Positions 9,262-18,779 of a stretch of 64,000 nucleotides of DNA are shown here, piece after piece. Every line of letters begins with the position of its first letter. The first letter of the stretch is position 1. Under the pieces are notes generated by a model that saw only the letters and a list, made by a program, of their open reading frames with translations, made no database searches and had not been told where the DNA came from. The stretch spans positions 10,764 through 74,763 of the forward strand of contig CAZWKR010000009.1 of assembly GCA_964634215.1 (NCBI GenBank), read 5' to 3'. The translations under genes were made by a program, and so were the position numbers. Source of the stretch: an uncultured bacterium. Its GTDB lineage: Bacteria > Fidelibacterota > Marinisomatia > Marinisomatales > JAHJCW01.

Positions 9262-10182
9262 ATGCTTCCTGATATAAATACATTATTAAAACCACGTCCT
9301 AAGAAATACAGAAATTTAGTAAAACATATTAGACATGATCTAGTTTTTCAGAATTCAGAGTCACTTTCTTTAACTCAGGAAGAATTATTTAATGATCTAA
9401 CTACTAGTCGTGGTACTTCAAGATTTTTAGGTGTTTTTAGCACGCGTGGGATAGAGTTTACTCTAAGAAGATTTGGTTATTTTGATCACCTTAAACAAGT
9501 AGGATTGGCAGATCCAATTGTTAGTTTGGATACTACTGATTCATATAAACATCGAGTTCAAATTAGTCATAGAATTGGAGGGGAATTTTTCCTTTCTGGC
9601 GAAATAGTAATGCGGCGCAGTACTTTTAAATCTCCTCCTTTAAGTGAAAAAAAATATCCACCTGCTGATTTGTTAGTAATCGAATGGTTTTTATTACAGA
9701 ATCCATTAAAAAAATTCGCTCGTCGGCGACAGCAATTACCGGGTCAAGATTATCCCGGACTAGGAATAAGCAATATTATATTTGAAATTTTCTATTGGAT
9801 GGCAAAACGACTCAAAGCAGATGGAGTTGTTCTAGTACCAAATTACTTACATACCGGTATTTTTTACGGTAGAAGATTTTTATTTATTAATCCAACGAAA
9901 CAGGGAACCTTATTTGCTATCGATAAGATTCGAACCATTAAATATTCTCTAAATCAGCTTTCGTGGGCTTGTGCGGAGGGACAGCTTATCAATAAAAAAA
10001 CAGATTCAATATTTCTATGGAAACCTGCACCAATGATACTTCCTGTCTCAAAAATTGCTAAAGAATATTTCGGATCAGAAATATACAAAAAAGAAGCAAA
10101 ATCAGCTCAAAATAAATTAAACTTAAAAATTAACCGAGGTTATAAAAAACAATTTGATCTAAAGTGGAAAGCAATATCATGA
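9262..10182 (+). CDS. Conserved-looking hypothetical protein (306 aa, basic, no recognisable domain)
   Basis: Long uninterrupted ORF. Its stop overlaps the thiN start (ATGA). No motif I can name. Confidence 0.5.
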   Translation: MLPDINTLLKPRPKKYRNLVKHIRHDLVFQNSESLSLTQEELFNDLTTSRGTSRFLGVFSTRGIEFTLRRFGYFDHLKQVGLADPIVSLDTTDSYKHRVQISHRIGGEFFLSGEIVMRRSTFKSPPLSEKKYPPADLLVIEWFLLQNPLKKFARRRQQLPGQDYPGLGISNIIFEIFYWMAKRLKADGVVLVPNYLHTGIFYGRRFLFINPTKQGTLFAIDKIRTIKYSLNQLSWACAEGQLINKKTDSIFLWKPAPMILPVSKIAKEYFGSEIYKKEAKSAQNKLNLKINRGYKKQFDLKWKAIS

Positions 10183-10808
10183 GTAAGAAAAAATTAATAG
10201 AACCAATAGTAATCTTGGCCAACGGTAAATACCCATCCCATCACTATCCACATGAATTAATTGAAAGCGCTAAAACAATTATCTGCACTGACGGCTCTGC
10301 TAATAAGCTAAAAAACCATGGATATGATCCTGAATTTGTAATTGGAGATATGGACTCTATCAAAAATATTAAGGATTTTAACGAATCTGAGTTCCTTCAT
10401 ATTCCCAAACAAGATAACACTGATCTCGAGAAAACTTTTGATTTTTGCGTTGATTCATTAGTAAAAAAAGTAACAGTACTTGGTGCAACCGGAATTCGCG
10501 ATGACCTCGCCATGACAAATATGTTATTATTAATGAAATATCATAAAAAATTAAAAATTCAATTGGTCACAGATATTTATACTGTAGAATGTATAAAGGG
10601 TAAAAACACATTTAATTCATTCCAAGATCAACATATTTCTCTCATAGCAGTATACAGAGTAAAATCGGTAACGACTAAAGGCCTAAAATATTCACTGACA
10701 AAACAGTCACTTTTACCTTCAGGACAGGGAGTAAGTAATTTAGCCACCGGTACTCAGTTTACTGTTAGATCCTCAAATAGAACGCTGCTTTTCCGAGGTC
10801 ATAAGTAG
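10179..10808 (+). CDS. thiN: Thiamine pyrophosphokinase
   Basis: Motifs ILANG...IICTDGSAN...VIGDMDS...DNTDLEK match the TPK catalytic domain, and the C-terminal beta domain is present. I chose the start at 10179 (MSKKKL) because of the ATGA overlap with the upstream gene. Confidence 0.8.
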   Translation: MSKKKLIEPIVILANGKYPSHHYPHELIESAKTIICTDGSANKLKNHGYDPEFVIGDMDSIKNIKDFNESEFLHIPKQDNTDLEKTFDFCVDSLVKKVTVLGATGIRDDLAMTNMLLLMKYHKKLKIQLVTDIYTVECIKGKNTFNSFQDQHISLIAVYRVKSVTTKGLKYSLTKQSLLPSGQGVSNLATGTQFTVRSSNRTLLFRGHK

Positions 10809-10812
10809 TTGC

Positions 10813-12198
10813 ATGCATGATTTAGATTTTTCAATAGTACTTATATACTTCACTATTGTTATAGCTATCGGTTTTTACCGAAGCAAGATTTCTTCCGAAA
10901 ATTCAAAAAATTATATTCTCGCAGGGCGAAAACTCAGCTTACCGGGTTTTATCGCAACTCTAGTTACTACTTGGTATGGCGGAATTTTAGGGATCGGTGA
11001 AAATACTTACAATTTTGGAATTCAAACTTGGTTTATTTTCGGACTACCTTATTATTTCTTTGCAATTTTATTTGCGATATTTATTGCGCCGCGAATCAGA
11101 AAACTAAATTTTATCTCAATACCTGATCACTTTCATAACCGATATGGAAAAACTACAGGTGTTGTAAGTGGCTTATTCCTACTCTTTTTAGCAAGTCCTG
11201 CTCCCTATATTTTAAGTATAGGAATTTTGTTAGAATATACCATCGGGGTACCGTTTTTGTGGGCGTTAATAGTAGCAACAATTTTTAGTTTAATATATAT
11301 ATGGAAGGGTGGTTTTGGAGCAATTGTACGAACCGATATTCTTCAGTTTATATTAATGTTTGGTGGATTTATACTGCTAATAATATTTGCATGGATAAAA
11401 ATCGGTTCGCCTTTTGAAGTCATTAAACAGTTGCCCGCTGAACATCTATCACCAACCGGTGGAAATTCAATTCAATATATTTTTGTTTGGTTTTTCATTG
11501 CAATGTGGACATTTATTGATCCCGGATTTTATCAACGTTGTTCCGCGGCTAAATCGCCTAAAATCGCACAAAAAGGAATTCTAATTTCCGTATTATTTTG
11601 GTTTGTATTTGATTCACTTACCCTGACTTCAGGATTATACGCTCGTGTTTTACTGGATAATGGACAAGGACTATTTGCCTTTCCTGCTCTCGGACAAGCG
11701 CTACTACCACCAATATTCTTCGGATTATTTATCACAGGATTGCTTGCAACAATAATGTCAACAATTGATTCACTTGGATTTATTAGTGCATTCACATTTG
11801 GCAGAGATATTGTTGGGCGTATAAAAAACAAAAATAAGGATGATATTGATGATTTAGCATCTTTAATCCGTTTAGGATTAATTATTATGGCAGCCATAGC
11901 AATTCTCTTAGCCTATGCGTTACCATCGGTAGTAAAATTATGGTATATAACCGGATCGATCTTTGTCCCGGGATTACTACTTCCATTTTTACTAACATTT
12001 ACTAAAATAAAGTTGAAAAATTGGCAGGGTCAATATTTATTAATAATACCTGTAATTATTTCGATCTCATGGTTTATTCTTAACAGTACTATATCAAATT
12101 TTACCTTGAAAATTGAGCCATTTTACCCAGGGATACTTTCATCAATATTTTTATTTATTTTATTCGTAATTGGCAATAGAGGGAGAGATGCAAAATAA
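10813..12198 (+). CDS. Sodium:solute symporter (SSF) family transporter
   Basis: 461 aa, about 12-13 TM, with an SSF-like N-terminal region (AGRKLSLPGFIATLVTTWYGG). It starts 5 nt after thiN. Confidence 0.7.
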   Translation: MHDLDFSIVLIYFTIVIAIGFYRSKISSENSKNYILAGRKLSLPGFIATLVTTWYGGILGIGENTYNFGIQTWFIFGLPYYFFAILFAIFIAPRIRKLNFISIPDHFHNRYGKTTGVVSGLFLLFLASPAPYILSIGILLEYTIGVPFLWALIVATIFSLIYIWKGGFGAIVRTDILQFILMFGGFILLIIFAWIKIGSPFEVIKQLPAEHLSPTGGNSIQYIFVWFFIAMWTFIDPGFYQRCSAAKSPKIAQKGILISVLFWFVFDSLTLTSGLYARVLLDNGQGLFAFPALGQALLPPIFFGLFITGLLATIMSTIDSLGFISAFTFGRDIVGRIKNKNKDDIDDLASLIRLGLIIMAAIAILLAYALPSVVKLWYITGSIFVPGLLLPFLLTFTKIKLKNWQGQYLLIIPVIISISWFILNSTISNFTLKIEPFYPGILSSIFLFILFVIGNRGRDAK

Positions 12199-12490
12199 TT
12201 CAAAATATATCAGATATGTGATTTTAATTAATAGACAAAAAGACTATTCTATTGATGTAATCAAAAAACACGTTGAACGTTTAAAAAAGTTGGATGAAAA
12301 CGGTCAATTAGTAATATGTGGACCATTTCTAGATTACAATGGCGGAATAGTGATTATTAGAGCTGAATCAATTGAAGAAGCTAAAATAATAGCAGAATCC
12401 GATCCATTTATTGCTGAAGGATTTAGTACTTATGAAGTACGGACTTTGGAATTATCCAACAAAGAAAACAAATACCTATTAAATATATAA
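12188..12490 (+). CDS. YciI-family protein
   Basis: About 100 aa with the pattern HVERLKKLDENGQLVICGPF...IIRAESIEEAKIIAESDPF..G typical of YciI-like proteins. I chose the start at 12188 (MQNNSK), which is preceded by GGGAGAG. Confidence 0.65.
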   Translation: MQNNSKYIRYVILINRQKDYSIDVIKKHVERLKKLDENGQLVICGPFLDYNGGIVIIRAESIEEAKIIAESDPFIAEGFSTYEVRTLELSNKENKYLLNI

Positions 12491-12504
12491 TTATAGAGAA
12501 TATT

Positions 12505-12771
12505 ATGAAGACAATATTACTTGCATTTGGAACAATATTTTTAGCTGAACTCGGAGATAAAACTCAGTTGGCAATATTAGCTTTGAAATCTAAAGGATTA
12601 TCCGGGTGGGGTTTGTTTGTTGGGGCTATGTTAGCATTTACAGTTTTAACTGCAATTGCCATTCTATTTGGAGATTGGCTGCAGACAAGATTTTCTGCTG
12701 AGGTCATTAAAAAAATTGCAGCAGGAAGTTTTATGATTATTGGACTTCTAATGTGGATTGGAAAATTATAA
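12505..12771 (+). CDS. UPF0016/GDT1 (TMEM165) family single-domain membrane protein, putative Mn2+/Ca2+ transporter half
   Basis: The signature E-L-G-D-K-T-Q (ELGDKTQLA) lies in the first TM. The protein is 88 aa with 3 TM. Confidence 0.75.
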   Translation: MKTILLAFGTIFLAELGDKTQLAILALKSKGLSGWGLFVGAMLAFTVLTAIAILFGDWLQTRFSAEVIKKIAAGSFMIIGLLMWIGKL

Positions 12772-12790
12772 CAAATTTATTTGCAATATA

Positions 12791-14260
12791 TTACCGTCTA
12801 GCGGTATGGTCTAAATAATTATCCAATGGATTAACTGAGGAGGTATTGAGCGAAGTGATCCAATCAATTGTAGGTTGATGATAATTCATTGAAGTGTAAT
12901 ATGGATTTGTATCATATTGGCTGAAAGGTTGATCTGTACGAGCATATAAATAATCTGTTGTTAAAACGCTATAGGTAGTATTCTCATCTATCTCTGTACC
13001 ATCTAAAAGAAAATAGCCGCCAATTGTTGTCATTCCACCCACTATAATATCGTAACTAATACAATGAATTAATTCCGATCCGGTTAATTGCAATTCAATA
13101 ATATGATTTTGGAAAGGTAATACACCAATAATTACCTCTTTATTGATTTCACCAGCCGGAATTGATTGCCTAATTCCTCCGGCATTTGTCATCGCAATGT
13201 CAGCGGATGGATATTTATATAACCATGAATCAACTACCATATTATGCATAGCGTTGGAATATCTTTCAATTTCACTATCCGTATAACCGATAACTTCTGA
13301 CAACTCAGCATCTGTCTGTACTCTCCAATATGACACTACATCAGCAACTGCCTGATCAGGAACTCCACCTGTATTAATATGACCACTAGGTGTCATGGAT
13401 ACTACTTCTTTTTCAAGGGTGTTATATGTTATTTTAAGTTTAGCGTAACTCTGCATAAATGAAGTGCTTTTTATGAGAGCCACGTCACCCTGCGCACTAC
13501 TAATAATTTGGCTAACCATATCGTCATGACAATGCCCCCCACCAATTGCAGCTATTCCCATGTTTATTAATGTGGGTGCTAACCCAACCATCTCAGTGTA
13601 GCAAATATGGGCTATTATGATTAATAATTCAGCTCCATCTTGTTTCACTTGAGGTACTATCTCTTCTAACGCTATTGAATAATCAATAAAATTGTAGTCT
13701 TCTACATAGTCGGGGAAGGTTGTGTACGGCGTTGATGCTGTTGTTAACCCTATTATACCGATCATTATCCCATCAATGTCCCTAATTACATATGGTGTTG
13801 CAAAATCAGGAATAGTACCACTAGCCTTTTCTCGAATATTTGCCGATAGATACGGAAAGTTTGCTTGCGCGATTCGTTCTTCCAATCCATCAACTTGAAA
13901 ATCAAATTCATGATTTCCGATTGCAGCAGCATCATATTCCATAGTATTCATCACTTCAACTGTTGATTCTCCTTCAAACCAGGTTGATATGGCTGGACCT
14001 GTCCAATTATCTCCACCGCTTAAAATTAAATATCTATCATCTCCGTCATACCCCTCATCTTCACGCCATAATCCCATCATTTTGGTGGCGCCATCTGAAT
14101 ACTCTGAATTTTCTATCCAGCCATGCTCATCATTAGTATATAAAATCATAATAGTACTTGTTTCATCATCGATATCATTGTTATTAACTTGATTTTTATC
14201 ACAAGAATAGGCGAATAAGATTAGTACTATAGAAAACCATCTATAATTTATATAACTCAT
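12791..14260 (-). CDS. 5'-nucleotidase / metallophosphoesterase (UshA-like) lipoprotein
   Basis: Lipobox ...LFAYSC. Calcineurin-like motifs are present: TNDEHG, GGDNWTG, GNHEFD, GGGHCH. A C-terminal 5'-nucleotidase substrate domain is also present. Confidence 0.8.
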   Translation of the reverse strand: MSYINYRWFSIVLILFAYSCDKNQVNNNDIDDETSTIMILYTNDEHGWIENSEYSDGATKMMGLWREDEGYDGDDRYLILSGGDNWTGPAISTWFEGESTVEVMNTMEYDAAAIGNHEFDFQVDGLEERIAQANFPYLSANIREKASGTIPDFATPYVIRDIDGIMIGIIGLTTASTPYTTFPDYVEDYNFIDYSIALEEIVPQVKQDGAELLIIIAHICYTEMVGLAPTLINMGIAAIGGGHCHDDMVSQIISSAQGDVALIKSTSFMQSYAKLKITYNTLEKEVVSMTPSGHINTGGVPDQAVADVVSYWRVQTDAELSEVIGYTDSEIERYSNAMHNMVVDSWLYKYPSADIAMTNAGGIRQSIPAGEINKEVIIGVLPFQNHIIELQLTGSELIHCISYDIIVGGMTTIGGYFLLDGTEIDENTTYSVLTTDYLYARTDQPFSQYDTNPYYTSMNYHQPTIDWITSLNTSSVNPLDNYLDHTARR

Positions 14261-14306
14261 AGTATTTTACTTTTGCAAAATTAATTGCAAAGTATTGAAA
14301 AATATT

Positions 14307-15467
14307 CTAAATCAAATCTGCGAGACTTTTACTCAAATCAAATTTATATTTTTTGACGTCAATTTTGGGGTCATGCCATACACCATAATTGCCTGCCATG
14401 ATCAATTTTTGGATATATGATTTTGTTAGAGCTTCTGTACATTTATTATCGTACCAACGAATATCGATCTTTGAACTTGTTTCACTTATAGCGCCAAGCA
14501 TGGCGGATAAGAAAGTTTGACGATTCTCGGTATCGGTATTGATCTTGCAAAATCCAGCTTCGATCAATCCTTCAATCTGAGCCCAATCTGTTCCAACAAA
14601 ATCCAACCACTTCTGTTTGGAATTTGTTGGAACATTCATTTTATCTAATTGTTCAACAGCATATTTGACTACTTCGGGATAAAGTGTAGAAGCACCATGT
14701 GCTACAAATGTTATTTCAGGATTAATTCCATCAGCAACAGCAAGCAATTCATGTGCTAACTTAATATTTAATTTAACTTTCGAACCCGGTTTGCCTTTAT
14801 TTGGTCCATGCATAGTTCCAATTGTTGGCGCTAACATTAAAACACCGCTGTGTCTTAAAAATTGATCTAATTCATCTGGATTTGTATATGTTGAAAACTC
14901 AGATTTGGTGTCTTCATCTTCTTCGCCTGCTAAAACTCCTAATTCACCCTCCACCGAAAGTCCAAGTGGATGCGCCATATCGACAACTTCGCGAGTCAAG
15001 TCAGCATTATCCTGCAATGGCATTGCTCGCTTTTTTACCTTATCGGTAGAGTTGTCTGCCATGACACTTGTTAAATGCTGAACGGATGCTTGCACAACTC
15101 GCCGTCCTGCATCGGAGATGTAATCTCCGTGATCCAAATGGGTAGCAATTCTCACATTAGACCTAGCCGCTTTTTTAGCGATATAGTCAGAAGCAATTTC
15201 CAATCCATAAATAGCATCGCCCTCGCCAAAATGTTTTAGTGCCGAATTCGATACTGCTAAAAGTCCTGAGGATCCCAATAACTCAAATGCTTTGAACGCC
15301 GCATTTATTCCCTGAAAATGTGTAATGTTGAATGCTGGCACAGCATACCGCTTACCTTTTTGATTTCCCTTTTCTCCATTTTTCGCTTTTAAACACAATG
15401 CATGCGCAGTCATCATATTTGTTGGAAATCTTCTATCTGTATTTAATTTGGGGGGTAATTTTTTCAT
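14307..15467 (-). CDS. fba: Class II fructose-bisphosphate aldolase (long form)
   Basis: Class II motifs are present: VPAFN, THLDHG, SVMADNS, VEGELGVLAGEEDE, GTMHG, CKINTDTE. Confidence 0.75.
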   Translation of the reverse strand: MKKLPPKLNTDRRFPTNMMTAHALCLKAKNGEKGNQKGKRYAVPAFNITHFQGINAAFKAFELLGSSGLLAVSNSALKHFGEGDAIYGLEIASDYIAKKAARSNVRIATHLDHGDYISDAGRRVVQASVQHLTSVMADNSTDKVKKRAMPLQDNADLTREVVDMAHPLGLSVEGELGVLAGEEDEDTKSEFSTYTNPDELDQFLRHSGVLMLAPTIGTMHGPNKGKPGSKVKLNIKLAHELLAVADGINPEITFVAHGASTLYPEVVKYAVEQLDKMNVPTNSKQKWLDFVGTDWAQIEGLIEAGFCKINTDTENRQTFLSAMLGAISETSSKIDIRWYDNKCTEALTKSYIQKLIMAGNYGVWHDPKIDVKKYKFDLSKSLADLI

Positions 15468-15485
15468 GATATCTCCTTAATAAAT

Positions 15486-16676
15486 TTAAATTTGTCCAAT
15501 TGATTTCAATAATGTTTGAAACCATCCTTGTTTAATATCAAATTCTTTTCCACCTTTAATTCTTTGAAAATCGATGAGTTTTAACTCATCATTAGCTTCA
15601 TAATCCATTCCTACAACGCCGTTTTTACCGGCGATTGCACTTTCAGCCGCCAACATTGATGATCCCTTAATTAACGCTAAATCGCGATCATTTGGTGCAG
15701 CAGACCTTGCAAAATATCCACTTTTTTGTACCATAGTTCTGTCCGCTTCTAATTCTTTTGAAAACTGTTTCGCGAACCATTTCCCGGGATTAATTTTATC
15801 CAATTTCACGTGACCAAAAGCATCACGGGGGACTTCCTCTCCATTAGATTCCATTTCAGATACTATTTCATCTTTTCCTGCGCCCTCGCTTAGAAATATA
15901 TTTACGCAATCTTTTTTATCCATCAACTTTTTCAAACGCGCTATTTCCGATTTCATATCAATATTTAATTCGGGTACATATACTGCATCAATATCCCATC
16001 TGTCTTGTGATAGTTGAATTTCCGGTAAAAATGTTCGTTTATTTAAACGATGCCGATACGCAACTGCCGTCGCTGCAGTTAGCCACCCGCAATGGCGACC
16101 CATAACCTCATGAATAATTAATTGGCGAGTACTTGTTGTATTTTCATTAGCAATATTTTCAAAGAAAATGGCGCCCTGTTCGGCGGCTGTTAATGCTCCT
16201 AAGGTTTGAGTAATTGGTATAACATCATTATCAACGGTTTTGGGCATTCCTACAACAGTCAAATTGTAATTATTTTCTTTTAAATATTTAGCTAATTCCG
16301 CTGCCATGGTATTGGTATCATCACCACCGATTGTATGCAAAATGTCAACTTTATCCTTTACTAACTGATTGGCTGCAACTTCCAATGGATTTTCTCCTTC
16401 TTTAACATAACCATTCTTCACACAATCTTCAATATTAGTAAGTTTCACGCGACTATTACCAATCGGGCTACCGCCAAATTCATACAAGGTTTTTGCATTA
16501 CTTTTTACAGATTCAGGAATTGTAATGCTTTTCCCAAGTAGAAGACCACGGTAACCATTTAGATATCCTAGTAGCTCAGCATTTGGAGAAAGTTTATTAT
16601 ATTCCTCGATCAATGCTCCAATCGAAGCAGATAAGCAAGGTGCTATACCTCCGGCTGTTAAAAATGCTATTTTCAT
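15486..16676 (-). CDS. pfp: Pyrophosphate-dependent 6-phosphofructokinase
   Basis: PFK family. It has GGDDTN (Asp where ATP-PFK has GGDGS) and MPKTVDND (Lys where ATP-PFK has Gly). These are the two classical PPi-specificity residues. Confidence 0.8.
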   Translation of the reverse strand: MKIAFLTAGGIAPCLSASIGALIEEYNKLSPNAELLGYLNGYRGLLLGKSITIPESVKSNAKTLYEFGGSPIGNSRVKLTNIEDCVKNGYVKEGENPLEVAANQLVKDKVDILHTIGGDDTNTMAAELAKYLKENNYNLTVVGMPKTVDNDVIPITQTLGALTAAEQGAIFFENIANENTTSTRQLIIHEVMGRHCGWLTAATAVAYRHRLNKRTFLPEIQLSQDRWDIDAVYVPELNIDMKSEIARLKKLMDKKDCVNIFLSEGAGKDEIVSEMESNGEEVPRDAFGHVKLDKINPGKWFAKQFSKELEADRTMVQKSGYFARSAAPNDRDLALIKGSSMLAAESAIAGKNGVVGMDYEANDELKLIDFQRIKGGKEFDIKQGWFQTLLKSIGQI

Positions 16677-16743
16677 AATATTCTTATTCTTTTAATAAAT
16701 AAATTTTGTATGATAATCATATTTAGTTCTTGTATTTTTTTAT

Positions 16744-18708
16744 ATGGATAATCCGGCAAAAAAGATACTCTGGAAACCCGCAAAAAAACAAATCCAAGAT
16801 TCACAAATGACACGATTTGTAGATTTTGTGAACAATCATCACCAATTATCTTTGCAAAATTACAACGAATTACACAATTGGTCTGTAAATAATATAGCTG
16901 ATTTTTGGCAAACTTTTTGGGATTTTAGTATGATTATTCATACTGGTAAAATTAAATCAGTAGTTGATAATGATTCTAAAATGCCGGGAGCTAAATGGTT
17001 CTCAGGTATTAAATTTAATTTTGCAGAAAATCTCTTACATCATAGAGATGATAAAATTGCACTCATTTTTAAAGGTGAGGGCAGGAAATCGCAATCTCTC
17101 ACATATAAACAATTATATGAAAGAGTATCATTATTAGCTGGTGCCATGAGAGATGTGGGTGTCAATCCTGGAGATAGGATTGCTGGTTTTTTACCCAACA
17201 TGCCAATTGCAGTAATTGCGATGCTCGCTACAGCTTCAATCGGAGCAATTTGGAGTTCCTGTTCCCCTGATTTTGGTATCAAGGGAGTATTGGATAGATT
17301 CAAACAAATTGAACCTAAACTATTATTTACTGTTGATGGATATAATTATAATGGTAAAAAGTTTAATTATCTTGATAAAGTAAAACAAATTGCAGAAAAA
17401 TTACCATCATTAAAAAATATTATTGTAAATCCAAATATTTCTCATTCAGTTTATGTTGATGACATCCCAAAAGGAATCAGTTATAAAGAGTTCATCAATA
17501 AATCTACCAAACAAGAAATGGAATTTGAGCAATTACCATTTGATCATCCTGTATATATCATGTATTCCTCAGGTACAACAGGTAAGCCAAAGGCAATCGT
17601 TCATAGTGCAGGCGGTACATTAATTCAACATTTGAAGGAATTACGATTGCATACAAATTTAACTCGCGATGACAATATTTTCTATTTTACAACATGTGGA
17701 TGGATGATGTGGAATTGGTTAGTATCCTCTTTAGCTGTTGGATCAACTATAATTTTATATGATGGTTCACCATTCTATCCTGGTGGGAATGCATTATGGA
17801 AATTAACTGATGAACTTGGTATTACTATTTTTGGAACAAGTGCGAAATACATCGCCAGCTGTGAAGCTGCCGGAGTGAAACCTTCTGCTAATAATAAGTT
17901 ATCCAAATTAAGGACAATACTTTCGACTGGTTCACCGCTATCTCCCGAAAGTTTTGACTATATTTACAACGATGTTAAAAAGGATGTCACTCTTTCATCA
18001 ATAGCCGGAGGAACTGATATTATCTCTTGTTTCGTTCTTGGAAATCCCAATTTACCGGTACATCGCGGAGAGATACAGTGTAAAGGATTGGGAATGAATG
18101 TGCATTCATACTCTATTGATGGTAAACCACTTATTGATAAACAGGGCGAATTAGTTTGCACAAGTCCATTCCCTTCTGCGCCAATCTATTTTTGGAATGA
18201 TGAAAATGGTGAAAAATACAAAAAAGCATATTTTGAAGAATATCCCGGTATCTGGCATCATGGAGATTACATTTCTATCAGTGAACATAGCGGAGTAACA
18301 ATGCACGGTCGTAGTGATGCCACACTAAATCCAGGTGGAGTACGAATTGGCACCTCAGAAATTTACAGAGTAGTGGAAAACCTGCCTGAAATTGATGATA
18401 GTTTAGTAATTGGTCAAGAGTGGCAAGGGGATGAAAGAGTAATCTTATTCATCAAATTAAATGATGAATACAAACTTGATAATAATTTAATTGTAAAAAT
18501 CAATACCGCTATAAAATCAAATTGTTCACCCCGTCATGTCCCTGCAAAGATTTTAGAAACTCCTGATATTCCATATACAATCAATGGTAAAAAAGTGGAA
18601 ATTGCCGTTAAGAAGATTATTCATGGAAAAGAGGTGGGCAATAGAGATGCATTGGCAAACCCTGAGAGTTTGGATTATTATAAAGATTTAAAAGAATTAG
18701 AAAATTAA
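16744..18708 (+). CDS. Acetoacetyl-CoA synthetase (acetoacetate-CoA ligase)
   Basis: 654-aa AMP-forming acyl-CoA synthetase (YSSGTTGKPK). The N-terminal pattern LW.P......MTRF...Y..LH.WSV....FW matches acetoacetyl-CoA synthetases. Confidence 0.75.
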   Translation: MDNPAKKILWKPAKKQIQDSQMTRFVDFVNNHHQLSLQNYNELHNWSVNNIADFWQTFWDFSMIIHTGKIKSVVDNDSKMPGAKWFSGIKFNFAENLLHHRDDKIALIFKGEGRKSQSLTYKQLYERVSLLAGAMRDVGVNPGDRIAGFLPNMPIAVIAMLATASIGAIWSSCSPDFGIKGVLDRFKQIEPKLLFTVDGYNYNGKKFNYLDKVKQIAEKLPSLKNIIVNPNISHSVYVDDIPKGISYKEFINKSTKQEMEFEQLPFDHPVYIMYSSGTTGKPKAIVHSAGGTLIQHLKELRLHTNLTRDDNIFYFTTCGWMMWNWLVSSLAVGSTIILYDGSPFYPGGNALWKLTDELGITIFGTSAKYIASCEAAGVKPSANNKLSKLRTILSTGSPLSPESFDYIYNDVKKDVTLSSIAGGTDIISCFVLGNPNLPVHRGEIQCKGLGMNVHSYSIDGKPLIDKQGELVCTSPFPSAPIYFWNDENGEKYKKAYFEEYPGIWHHGDYISISEHSGVTMHGRSDATLNPGGVRIGTSEIYRVVENLPEIDDSLVIGQEWQGDERVILFIKLNDEYKLDNNLIVKINTAIKSNCSPRHVPAKILETPDIPYTINGKKVEIAVKKIIHGKEVGNRDALANPESLDYYKDLKELEN

Positions 18709-18739
18709 AAGGCCTTGCAGAGTAATCCTGCAAGGCCTT
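18709..18739. terminator. Bidirectional hairpin terminator between convergent genes
   Basis: Perfect 12-bp stem aaggccttgcag-agtaatc-ctgcaaggcctt, directly after the stop at 18708 and before the gap stop at 18780. Confidence 0.75.
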
Positions 18740-18779
18740 AATAATATGGATTTCCGATTTAATCGGGAATGACAAATTG

